Shown: positions 8,457 through 17,468 of the stretch, in pieces
Layout: each line of letters opens with the position of its first letter
How positions within the stretch are numbered: the first letter of the stretch is position 1
Assembly (NCBI GenBank): GCA_041742275.1
Contig: JBGSIY010000918.1
Coordinates: 1 to 26,823 of the forward strand
From: Pirellulaceae bacterium
GTDB lineage: Bacteria > Planctomycetota > Planctomycetia > Pirellulales > Pirellulaceae
Direction of reading: 5' to 3'
Length of the DNA: 26,823 nucleotides
Made by a program: the position numbers and the translations under genes
Notes under the pieces: model-generated
Databases searched by the model: none
Seen by the model: the letters and a program-made list of their open reading frames with translations, nothing else
Told to the model about the DNA's origin: nothing

Positions 8457-9449
8457 ATGTCTGATTTACGATATGACCCGGTGTTTGATTTGTGGGTTGT
8501 CGTGGCTGAGAACCGCCGTGACCGCCCAATTGAATTTGTGCCGATCGAGCAGACGTTTAAGCAACTCATCTGCCCGTTCTGTTGCGGGAACGAAGAAGAA
8601 ACGCCACCCGAAATAATGCGTTTGGATCATGAAGGACGTAGTCAGAGTGGATCGAGTGCAGTGCGTTGGCAAACGCGCGTAATACCCAATAAATACCCTA
8701 CCTATTTTGAAGGCGCAAGTGATTCGCCCATGCCGGCAATATCGCCGTATGAGCAATCGCGTCAGAGTGGTGACCAAGAGTTGATTATCCCTACGCCGCG
8801 GCATGTGTTTAGTTTTAGCGAATTGAGCGCGGAGGAATTTACTGTGGGCTTGCGCGCTGCGCAATTGCGGATGTTAGCGAAAGAGGGGAATCCGCTGTTG
8901 GAACACACGATGTTATTTGGGAATTGCAGATACGAAGCCGGAGCATCCGTAGCGCATGTTCATTTTCAATTGATTGGTTCACCGCTGATCAGTCCCGCTC
9001 TGTCCAGTCGAACGGAGCGGTTTGGCTCTCATCGTTTGCGAGAGGGAGTCTCGTTGATGGAATCGATGTTACAGGTCGAATTGACGGGTCAAACACGCAT
9101 TGTGGCTGAAACCGATGATTTTGTGATGTTTTGCCCGTTTTCTAGCCGGCATGCCTTTCAGGTGTGGATCGCCCCCCGAACGCGTGGTGTGGCTTTTTGT
9201 CGAAGGTCAGTGGATGACTTGCGGCAGGTCGTGGAGTTGAGTCAACAGTATTTGAGTCGTGTCGAGAATCTATTGAGCGAACCGGCCTATAACTGGATGC
9301 TGCATCAGTTGCCGACCAAACATCAAGCGGACGATCATTGGTTCATCGAAATTTTGCCACGCATCGCCAAAAATGCCGGTTATGAAATGGGGACCGACAT
9401 TTGGATCAATCCGGTGGCCCCCGAGGTTGCGGCCCGTCGATTGCGATAA
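8457..9449 (+). CDS. GalT-like hexose-1-phosphate nucleotidyltransferase (HIT/GalT superfamily)
   Basis: LRYDP...WVVVAENRRDRP, CPFC, RVIPNKYP, PRH, GASVAHVHFQ (HxHxQ catalytic motif), HWFIEILPR, AGYEMGT...INPVAPE. Confidence 0.88.
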   Translation: MSDLRYDPVFDLWVVVAENRRDRPIEFVPIEQTFKQLICPFCCGNEEETPPEIMRLDHEGRSQSGSSAVRWQTRVIPNKYPTYFEGASDSPMPAISPYEQSRQSGDQELIIPTPRHVFSFSELSAEEFTVGLRAAQLRMLAKEGNPLLEHTMLFGNCRYEAGASVAHVHFQLIGSPLISPALSSRTERFGSHRLREGVSLMESMLQVELTGQTRIVAETDDFVMFCPFSSRHAFQVWIAPRTRGVAFCRRSVDDLRQVVELSQQYLSRVENLLSEPAYNWMLHQLPTKHQADDHWFIEILPRIAKNAGYEMGTDIWINPVAPEVAARRLR

Positions 9450-9666
9450 AAGCCAATCGAGCTTGTTAGGATTTGCGGATTAGGCGGGCTGTGCGGCGGC
9501 CGGGAGGGGTTGTTTTGATTTTGAACTTGACGAAAGTGCGGGTGGGTTCAAAGATAACGATCAGAGGATTAACAAAATTGTTGGAATTAGGCGTAGTGAA
9601 CCGTCGAATTACCAATAAATAACGCCAATGTCCCGTCGGGCGAAACTGTTTTAGGAATGAATAACC

Positions 9667-11844
9667 ATGAGTCAACCGCTCGTCCGATTAAGTTTGGTGC
9701 TGCACAATCACCAGCCTATTGGGAATTTTGATAATGTTTTTGAGCAAGCTTACCAAGACAGTTATCTGCCGTTTTTGGAAGTTTTCGAGACCTATGAGCA
9801 TTTAAAAATTTCGTTGCACACGAGTGGTTGCCTGATGCAATGGCTCGACGAACGGCACCCGGAATATTTGGACCGTTTGGCGGCGCTGGTCGGTTACGGC
9901 AGAGTCGAGATCATTGGCGGTGCGTTTTACGAGCCGATCCTGACCATGATTCCTTCGCGGGACCGCGTGGGGCAAATCACATCATTTACGCGATGGCTAG
10001 AGCGGCGATTGGCGGCACAGGTTCGAGGAATGTGGATTCCCGAGCGGGTTTGGGAGTCCTCGCTGACGACGGATTTGGCTCAGGCTGATATTCAATATAC
10101 GGTTTTGGATGATTACCATTTTCGTTGTGCTGGCTTGAGCGATGCTCAATTGCATGGCTGTTACATAACGGAAGACCAAGGCCACTGTGTGCGGGTGTTT
10201 CCTGGCAGCGAGCGGTTGAGATATTTGATTCCATTTCAGGAACCAGAAGAGACCATTGCGTATTGCCGCATGTTGGGGGAGCAGCACCCTGGATGTTCCC
10301 TGGTGTTCGGTGATGATGGCGAAAAATTTGGAACGTGGCCAGAGACCAAAAAACACGTTTATGAAAATGGTTGGTTGCGTCGCTTTTTTGATGCTTTGAC
10401 GGAAAACCGTGATTGGTTGGTGACGAACACTTTAGCTGAAGTGGTGGACAACTCACCTCCGGTTGGAAAAATTTATCTTCCCGACGCCAGTTATCGGGAG
10501 ATGACCGAATGGGCATTGCCCGTCGAACAGCAAATTGTCCAGCAGTCATTGGTTCACGAACTGGAAACGGACCCTCGCTGGAATGATTTAAAGGTCTTCA
10601 TGCGGGGCGGATTTTGGAGGAACTTCAAGGTGAAGTATCCGGAGTCCAATGAAATGTATGCTCGCATGATGTATGTCAGCCGCTTGTTGCAGAGAGCCGA
10701 GCAAGACCAATGCCCAGCAGATGTCGTCCGTCGTGCGCGGCAATGGTTGTACCAAGGGCAATGCAATTGTAGTTATTGGCATGGTGCGTTTGGTGGCGTG
10801 TATTTACCTCACTTGAGAAATGCCGTCTACCAAAATCTCATCGCCGCAGAAAATGCATTGGAGGTTTGGCGGCGTGGTGACGAGGCGTGGGTGGAAGCGA
10901 CGGCCGACGATTATAATTTTGACGGGTTGCAAGAAGTGCGTTTGGCGAATGATCAATTGGCTCTGTGGGTAAACCCTCAGGCGGGAGGCCAATTGTATGA
11001 ATTGGATGTTCGCAAAAATGGGCACAACTTGCTGGCCACGATGCAGCGCCGCCCGGAAGCCTATCATCAAAAAATTACAGCGGGCCAACAAGAGGATGCC
11101 CATGGAGCTGCCAGCATCCATGATCGAGTCGTCTTGAAACGCGATGACTTGGCGGAGTTCCTGCAATACGATCCACGGATGCCCAAGTCCCTGGTTGACC
11201 ACTTTTGGCCGATTGATGTCGCACTCGAGGATGTGTGCGGAGGAACAGCAATGGACCAAGGGGACTTTGCGGACGGAAAGTACCAAACAACCATCCGCCG
11301 CAATCCCACGCGGATTCAGCTGCTGATGACAAGATCGGGAAATGTGAATGGCCAAATAGTTAAAATCACGAAGGGCCTGACCCTGAACGCCGGTAGCGAT
11401 CAAATCGAGATCGCCTACTTGCTCGAAGGCTTGAATGCCAACACTCCGATCCAATTTGGCTGCGAGTTTAATTTTGCGGGGTTGCCTGATGGCCAAGACG
11501 ACCGGTATTTCTCGGTGGGGGAACTGCAGCATCGAATGGGGCAACTCGGCTCTCGATTGAATTTGCTGGGCGAGGACCGAATGCAGTTGCATGACCATTG
11601 GTTGGGGCTTGAGGTCGGGTTCGTGTTTGAGAGCCCAACGGATATTTGGACCTATCCCATCGCGGCGGTGAGTCAATCGGAATCGGGTTTTGAGTTGGTG
11701 CACCAATCGGTGGTAGTTCAGCCTCATTGGAAAGTGGAGCCTGATGCTGAGGGTCGCTGGTCGACGCGGATGAGTCTCACGCTCGCTTGCCAAAAATCAA
11801 CCACGCCTGAATTGGGCAAGCAAGCTGTTTTGACGGCATTTTAA
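9667..11844 (+). CDS. GH57 4-alpha-glucanotransferase / alpha-amylase (DUF1925/DUF1926-type C-terminal domains)
   Basis: HNHQP (CSR-1), WIPERVW (nucleophile Glu), GDDGEKFG (acid/base Asp), QCNCSYWHGAFGGVYLPHLR, and a beta-rich C-terminus with SQSESGFE. Confidence 0.92.
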   Translation: MSQPLVRLSLVLHNHQPIGNFDNVFEQAYQDSYLPFLEVFETYEHLKISLHTSGCLMQWLDERHPEYLDRLAALVGYGRVEIIGGAFYEPILTMIPSRDRVGQITSFTRWLERRLAAQVRGMWIPERVWESSLTTDLAQADIQYTVLDDYHFRCAGLSDAQLHGCYITEDQGHCVRVFPGSERLRYLIPFQEPEETIAYCRMLGEQHPGCSLVFGDDGEKFGTWPETKKHVYENGWLRRFFDALTENRDWLVTNTLAEVVDNSPPVGKIYLPDASYREMTEWALPVEQQIVQQSLVHELETDPRWNDLKVFMRGGFWRNFKVKYPESNEMYARMMYVSRLLQRAEQDQCPADVVRRARQWLYQGQCNCSYWHGAFGGVYLPHLRNAVYQNLIAAENALEVWRRGDEAWVEATADDYNFDGLQEVRLANDQLALWVNPQAGGQLYELDVRKNGHNLLATMQRRPEAYHQKITAGQQEDAHGAASIHDRVVLKRDDLAEFLQYDPRMPKSLVDHFWPIDVALEDVCGGTAMDQGDFADGKYQTTIRRNPTRIQLLMTRSGNVNGQIVKITKGLTLNAGSDQIEIAYLLEGLNANTPIQFGCEFNFAGLPDGQDDRYFSVGELQHRMGQLGSRLNLLGEDRMQLHDHWLGLEVGFVFESPTDIWTYPIAAVSQSESGFELVHQSVVVQPHWKVEPDAEGRWSTRMSLTLACQKSTTPELGKQAVLTAF

Positions 11845-11910
11845 GGTTCAACCGTTTGCCTCGCGGGGTTGTTTGTTTTGGCATAATACCTCAGGTGAAT
11901 GGCTGGATTC

Positions 11911-11927
11911 GCCGAGGTTTCCTCGGC
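11911..11927. terminator. GC-rich hairpin after the glycogen cluster, possibly a terminator or stabilising stem
   Basis: GCCGAGG-TTT-CCTCGGC is a 7-bp perfect stem about 65 nt after the GH57 stop. There is no clear U-tract. Confidence 0.3.
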
Positions 11928-12196
11928 ATGGTTTAGACGTGCCTACCAAAAACATTGTTGCTCAAGGGTCGGGCACGACTGCCTTGATATCCGAGTAAAG
12001 CCTGTTTCGTCCGATAAAGCATTTTTTCGTGTACGATAGATCGTGGGACTTTCGATCGACGTCCCCGCGTTTTGATACGCGAGGCATTAAGAGCGCAGTT
12101 AAGTTAGCAGAATGACGGAATTGTGGTTCTAACGCCAACAGTCATCGCCCTGCCCTACCATTTCAGTATCTTCATAACCAAAGACTGAGCCAACCC

Positions 12197-13720
12197 GTGA
12201 CGGAACTGCGATCCCAATTACAGCGCGTCGCTTATGCTCTATTTTCGATCGACGTGCGCGCATTGGCCTTGTTGCGGATCGGGATGGGCTTAATCATGCT
12301 GTGGCAATTGGGCGGCTATCTGGGGGTGGCTGGCACTTATTTTGCCGATACGGGCGTGTTGCCCCGGTATTTAAATCGTGAGCTGTTAGACGGTCTGGGT
12401 TTGAGCAGCGCCTGGACTTTGTATTCCTTCAATGGGTCGGCCGAGTTCGCGCGATGGTTGATATTTATTCATGGGTTGGCAGCCGTGGCGTTGGTCTTTG
12501 GTTTTTTTACGCGCGCGGCGACGGTGGTGTGTCTCGTTTTGGTATGGTCATTGCAAATGCGCAACCCCTTGATCACCACGGGCGGGGACGTGTTATTGCG
12601 TATGCTGTTGGCCTGGTCCCTTTTTTTGCCATTGGGGGCGATTGCGAGTTGGGACGCGCGCGTTCGGCGAAAAACTCGTTGGGATTCCAGTCAAGTCCTT
12701 ACGGTGGCGACGGCGGGGTTGATGTGTCAGTTGGTATGCGTCTATTTCTTTGCGGGGATCGCGAAACTCAATTCCGACTGGCTGGGTGGACATGCCTTGG
12801 CAATGACCTTGAGCCTAGAGATGTATGTCAACCCCTGGGGAGCTTCGTTGCGTGAATGGACATGGCTGTTGCGTTGGGGAACATGGATCACGCTGGCGAT
12901 CGAATTGGGAATTGTCTTTCTGGTCTTCTCGCCATGGCATCGAGATTATTTTCGCGGTGCGGCGCTGGCACTATTTTGGATTTTGCACTTAGCGATTGGC
13001 TTGACGATGTCGATCGGCATATTCTCGATCACTTGCATGTTGGCCTGGGTTATTTTTATACCGCGAGAATCATGGCCGCGAGTGACTCGCCGGTTTGTGA
13101 AGCAAGGCAATTTTATATCTGAGAATACTCGACGATTCGAGTATTCGCGGCTGAGTACCGTCCTGAGTGTCAGTCTGTTTGTTTATATGTTGACAATTAA
13201 TTTGATGAATACCGCCCCCAGATTCTTTGAGAAATGGGGTTACGGCAGTTGGTCTTCGTTGGGAAGCGGGGCGATGGTAATCCAGGAATTCAAAATGTTT
13301 GGTCGGCCACCGCAGTGGAATGCCAGTTTTGTTTATGAGGCTCAGACGAAATCGGGTTTGAATGTCAAGCTGTTTTCCGTGCCGGTTAAGCGGGATGCGG
13401 CACCGCCAAGTCTGTATAAGTTGATGCAGACTCAGGAATGGCGGCGGTATTATTGGAACCTGATGGATCTCGCGGAGCCTCGGGATGAGAGGCAACAGCA
13501 GTTGTTTGACAAATTAAGACAACGGTTGTTGGAGTATCATGTTCAACGCTGGAATCGGCGAAATTCGAATGACCCGATTGCCGTTGCCAGCTTAACGTGT
13601 CATCGCAGGCCCATTAGACCTCGGTCCGACAAACGGTACGGCGCTGTGGAAACCACACGTTGGGCCGAATACCGAGCGACCGATCCGCTGGAGACGACCG
13701 ACGTAACGTCGACCGACTGA
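12197..13720 (+). CDS. HTTM-domain (vitamin K-dependent gamma-carboxylase-like) polytopic membrane protein
   Basis: DVRALALLRIGMG, YFADTGVLPR, GFFTR, SLQMRNPLITTGGDVLLR, LPLG, QLVCVYFFAGIAKLNSDW..G.A, then a soluble C-terminal domain with QEFKMF and EWRRYYWNL. GTG start. Confidence 0.85.
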   Translation: MTELRSQLQRVAYALFSIDVRALALLRIGMGLIMLWQLGGYLGVAGTYFADTGVLPRYLNRELLDGLGLSSAWTLYSFNGSAEFARWLIFIHGLAAVALVFGFFTRAATVVCLVLVWSLQMRNPLITTGGDVLLRMLLAWSLFLPLGAIASWDARVRRKTRWDSSQVLTVATAGLMCQLVCVYFFAGIAKLNSDWLGGHALAMTLSLEMYVNPWGASLREWTWLLRWGTWITLAIELGIVFLVFSPWHRDYFRGAALALFWILHLAIGLTMSIGIFSITCMLAWVIFIPRESWPRVTRRFVKQGNFISENTRRFEYSRLSTVLSVSLFVYMLTINLMNTAPRFFEKWGYGSWSSLGSGAMVIQEFKMFGRPPQWNASFVYEAQTKSGLNVKLFSVPVKRDAAPPSLYKLMQTQEWRRYYWNLMDLAEPRDERQQQLFDKLRQRLLEYHVQRWNRRNSNDPIAVASLTCHRRPIRPRSDKRYGAVETTRWAEYRATDPLETTDVTSTD

Positions 13721-13721
13721 A

Positions 13722-15605
13722 TCAAGGTTGTTTCAGCAAACGGAGTCGAATTCGACTGTGGGCGTCTGGTGAGTGATAGACTCGGTGTTTCGCAGCGGTA
13801 AAGTCTTCCGCCTTGGCTTTAAAAATGTTCTCTACATACTTCTGCGGGTTTAAATCAATCAACGGGAACCAGCTACTTTGGACCTGAACCATGATTCGGT
13901 GTCCGGGCTTGAATGTATGCAGCACGTCTTGGAGCGGGACATTGACCTGGGTGATTTGATTCGGGGCAAACGGCGCGGGTTTTGAAAAACTGTCGCGGAA
14001 TCGGCCTCGAATCACATCGCCCCGAACCATTTGATGATAGTTGGCCAGCGTAATGTCGGCCGGCGTTCCCTCGAGTTGCGGGTGATTGTCGGGATACACG
14101 TCAATGAGTTTTACAATCCAATCGGCATCGGATTGGTCCGTGCTAACCCACAGTTCCGCCACTAAATCGCCAGCCACGGTCACAGGCTCGGTGAGAACAT
14201 CGGTGGAGAACACGAGTACATCCTGACGCGTGGCAGCGAACCGTTGGCAATCGGTCATGTAAGGACGCGGCGTGAATCGCAAACGAATGTCCTGGCGGTC
14301 GCGATAGGGAACGGGGTTGGCGGGGTCGCTGACGAATTCTGCAAACGGCAATTCCGTCGAGTGTGTGGCTGTGTGGGAGAGGTTCCCGGAGGGGTTGAGG
14401 AACAATTCGCCCAAGGTGGCTTCGGTGGGGGGCCAGGCGTCGAAGCGTCGCCAGGCTCGTTTACCAGTGTCGAATATCATTGCCTCGAAATCAATTCCGG
14501 GACCTTCGTCTTTGAGATGTTTACGAAAAAAGACGGCCTCGATATCGCGTTGATACGATTGGGCGATATCGCGTCCGAAGGGCACATTTCCGACGACCTG
14601 AATGGGCGAAACGCGAGCCCAATCGCCATGCCCCCAGGGACCCATGACCAAGGCGTTGTTGATTCCGGGGTTGTTCTTCTCTAACTCTTGATAGATGTGC
14701 AAGGGGCCGTAGAGGTCTTCTGCGTCAAACAACCCGCCCACGGTCAAGACATTCGTTTTGACGTTTTTCAAATGGGGTAGGATACTCCGCGCTTGCCAGA
14801 ATTCGTCGTAGTTAGGATGTTCGACGAGCTGTTGCCAAAAAAAGTTGTCCTCGTCAAAATATTCTTTGGCATTGGTCAGAGGGGTTAGCATTTTGTAAAA
14901 CTGCCAAGCGTCCTGGCTGGAGGGAGGTGGCGTCGTATACCAGGCCTCGGTCGTCGGGCCCTGGTGTTGGTATCCGAATGTGGCGGTGGCTAGGAAGTAG
15001 CTCATCAGGTAAGCGCCATTGTGATGGAAGTCATCAAAGAAAAAGTCAGATATCGGAGCTTGAGGACTGGAAGCGATCAACGCTGGATGATGTTCTGGTA
15101 AAGCGGCTGCCGAGTAAAATCCCGGATAGGAGATGCCCCAAATGCCCACACGACCATTGTGGTTGGGTACGTTTTCTAGCAACCACTCAATGGTGTCATA
15201 AGTGTCCGAGCTTTCGTCAATCGCCGTGTCGCCGGGGACATGCGGTCGCATGTTGTCGTAAGATCCCTCAGAATTCCAACGTCCGCGCACATCGGTTTTG
15301 ACGAAAATGTAACCTTCATCCTCCATGAACTGCGATGGGCCAATTCTGCCAGGGTAGTTGTTTTCACCGTAGGGTGCACAGCCGTAAGGGGTGCGATTCA
15401 TCATGATCGGATATGACTTCGATTGATCGCGTGGCGAGTAGATCGAAAGATGAAGTTTCACGCCATCGCGCATGGTCGCCTGAGCTTCACGCTTGACATA
15501 TCGGGCCGCTAGGTTTTGCGGTTGACTCCACGCAACCTGCGTGAACCAGCAGAGAGAAAACAGTGAAATGAAACACGTTGCCAGACAGCGACCCTGTTGG
15601 TTCAT
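13722..15605 (-). CDS. Secreted CocE/NonD-family serine hydrolase (alpha-amino acid ester hydrolase / glutaryl-7-ACA acylase-like)
   Basis: Signal peptide ending AWS|Q, MRDGVKL, RTPYG, DVRGRWNSEG, GISYPG nucleophile motif, GLFDAEDLYG, GPWGHG, and a PepX_C-like C-terminus (HTFKPGHRIMVQVQSSWFP). Confidence 0.92.
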   Translation of the reverse strand: MNQQGRCLATCFISLFSLCWFTQVAWSQPQNLAARYVKREAQATMRDGVKLHLSIYSPRDQSKSYPIMMNRTPYGCAPYGENNYPGRIGPSQFMEDEGYIFVKTDVRGRWNSEGSYDNMRPHVPGDTAIDESSDTYDTIEWLLENVPNHNGRVGIWGISYPGFYSAAALPEHHPALIASSPQAPISDFFFDDFHHNGAYLMSYFLATATFGYQHQGPTTEAWYTTPPPSSQDAWQFYKMLTPLTNAKEYFDEDNFFWQQLVEHPNYDEFWQARSILPHLKNVKTNVLTVGGLFDAEDLYGPLHIYQELEKNNPGINNALVMGPWGHGDWARVSPIQVVGNVPFGRDIAQSYQRDIEAVFFRKHLKDEGPGIDFEAMIFDTGKRAWRRFDAWPPTEATLGELFLNPSGNLSHTATHSTELPFAEFVSDPANPVPYRDRQDIRLRFTPRPYMTDCQRFAATRQDVLVFSTDVLTEPVTVAGDLVAELWVSTDQSDADWIVKLIDVYPDNHPQLEGTPADITLANYHQMVRGDVIRGRFRDSFSKPAPFAPNQITQVNVPLQDVLHTFKPGHRIMVQVQSSWFPLIDLNPQKYVENIFKAKAEDFTAAKHRVYHSPDAHSRIRLRLLKQP

Positions 15606-15635
15606 CGTATTGTTCCCAAGGAAAATGGGGTGTTT

Positions 15636-16364
15636 TTATTTTTTGTTTCGGAGCGGCTTTTTGGTTTTTGAGCCGGCGGTAGCAGAAGACGGAACTTGGG
15701 CTGTTGGGCGGCCATGTGGTCGCAGTGTGGAGCCCAAACCCAATCGTTTCGAAATGGAACTTGTCCAACGCGCATCCCCATAAGGAGTTCCGCGGCGGCA
15801 GCTCTTGTTTAAGATCTCTAGGTCCGCTGGCAGTTCCGGTGTATTCACGAATTTCAGCCAGTTTGTCGGACGGGAGACGGGCCAACTGGCCAACATGGCT
15901 CGTTCGATTTCTGTGCCTTGTTGATGGATCCACAAGCTGCTGTAAGGCCAATCTTCGGCGGCACGGACCAAGTCGGCGCGAACGGGATTCCGTTCGACAT
16001 AACGAATGACTTGAAGGAGGTGATCGTCGGCTTGCACGGGAAACGACTTGAAGCGGCTGCTATATACGGATCCGCTACCGACCAACTCACGGTCTCTTTG
16101 CCAACGTCTCACATGGGTGGAAGACAACAACTGCATGAATGCTCGCATGTCGTCATTGTGCTTAGGCCATAAAACCAACTGCCAATGATCCCGTTGCAGG
16201 CAATAGGCCAGAACCCGGATGGGGGCTTTCTCGAGGGTATCACGAATGACTTGCTCGAACGACTGGAATTCATGGTCGTTCGAAAACAATGGAATACCGG
16301 GCATGCTTTGGTTGAAGGCATGATAAACAATTCCGCCGGGCGTATTTCTTGGTGGTCTTGGCAT
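15636..16364 (-). CDS. REP-associated tyrosine transposase (RAYT, Y1_Tnp) homologue with altered HUH motif
   Basis: MPRPPR..PGGIVYH, AYCL..DHWQLVL, RFKSFPV, IRYVERNPVRA.LV..AEDWPYSS and LGL.STLRP.GRP match the RAYT architecture. HUH reads H60-W61-Q62. Catalytic Y122 is retained. Confidence 0.85.
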   Translation of the reverse strand: MPRPPRNTPGGIVYHAFNQSMPGIPLFSNDHEFQSFEQVIRDTLEKAPIRVLAYCLQRDHWQLVLWPKHNDDMRAFMQLLSSTHVRRWQRDRELVGSGSVYSSRFKSFPVQADDHLLQVIRYVERNPVRADLVRAAEDWPYSSLWIHQQGTEIERAMLASWPVSRPTNWLKFVNTPELPADLEILNKSCRRGTPYGDARWTSSISKRLGLGSTLRPHGRPTAQVPSSATAGSKTKKPLRNKK

Positions 16365-16517
16365 CCCCTGACTTTAACAATAGGGATCCCGCAAGTCAAC
16401 AATGGGTCCTGGCACCTTAAGGCAATGGCGGCCAAATCTTCGCAGAAACTTACCCTTCCCCAAGCAATTGACAGCGTATTTCTAGTATTCGGGCATGGGG
16501 GCCGTGCGCCGCGTCGT

Positions 16518-17468
16518 TTAAGTCCCGGACAACTTACGGACTACCGTTGACGCCGCAGCCATGCCAAAGGCGGCGGTGACAAAGGATGCCGTCCCGTAAA
16601 TCACCCGACGTTTTTCGCAGGCGTGAGGAGAGTCTGCCGCATGTGGGCAAATGCAACGAAAGCCCTCGGCATCCCATTCCGGTTCGATAGGTTCGCGGAT
16701 TTCCTCCGCGGAAAAAACGACGGGGAGTCCCACAAGTTGCGACATGTCGTAGCCTCGTTTGGATAGCTCTTTGCGAATCACTCGGGCCAGTGGATCGTGT
16801 CGTGTCTCGCTGACGTCGCACACGCGAACTTGTGTGGGGTCCAGTCGAGCCCCGGAGCCGGAAATGCTGATCACGGGAATCTGTCGCTCGAGGCATGTAA
16901 CAATCAGGTGGATTTTGGCGGTCACATTGTCAATCGCATCGATCACAAAATCGGGTTGTGGCGACAAGAGAGCCGCCGAGTTGTTCGCATCATAAAAAGC
17001 CTGTACGGGATCGACAATCGCATCGGGATTAATAGCCGCGACCCGCTGGGACAACAAGTCGGCTTTGGATTGCCCCACGGTCCCCGGGAAGGCTTGCAGT
17101 TGGCGATTGACATTGGTGACGCAGACGTCATCAAAGTCGACCAGTGTCAGGTGGCCAACGGCCGACCGAGCGAGGGCCTCGACAGCAAAACTGCCGACGC
17201 CGCCCAATCCAAAAACGGCCACACGAGATTGCAACAATTTCTGCACACCCGCGGCACCGAGCAAGCGAATCAATCGATCCCAGCGGCGTGGAATACGATC
17301 GGTAGGAAGCGGCGGTGATTCCAGCGGTATATGGGTGAGACGCTCAGCCAACGAGGCATCTTCCCAGGGTCGCTGTCGTCGGCGTTCCCGCGGCAGTTCG
17401 CATTCGGGCGATGCCGAATTAGGCGAAGCAGACGTTTGCGGAGTAGGATTCGTATTTGATTTTTTCAT
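16518..17468 (-). CDS. tcdA: tRNA threonylcarbamoyladenosine dehydratase (ThiF/E1-like)
   Basis: RWDRLIRLLG, VAVFGLGGVGSFAVEALARS, LVDFDDVCVTNVNRQL, DAIDNVTAK, DPTQVRVCDVSET..DPLAR.IRK.L, VVFSAE. Start probably ATG 17468, not 17531. Confidence 0.85.
   Translation of the reverse strand: MKKSNTNPTPQTSASPNSASPECELPRERRRQRPWEDASLAERLTHIPLESPPLPTDRIPRRWDRLIRLLGAAGVQKLLQSRVAVFGLGGVGSFAVEALARSAVGHLTLVDFDDVCVTNVNRQLQAFPGTVGQSKADLLSQRVAAINPDAIVDPVQAFYDANNSAALLSPQPDFVIDAIDNVTAKIHLIVTCLERQIPVISISGSGARLDPTQVRVCDVSETRHDPLARVIRKELSKRGYDMSQLVGLPVVFSAEEIREPIEPEWDAEGFRCICPHAADSPHACEKRRVIYGTASFVTAAFGMAAASTVVRKLSGT

Noticed and set aside
10804-11793. 329-aa ORF antisense to the GH57 gene
   Set aside because: It lies wholly opposite a well-supported gene and has no recognisable motifs. 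It is best explained as a shadow ORF of the sense-strand codon pattern.
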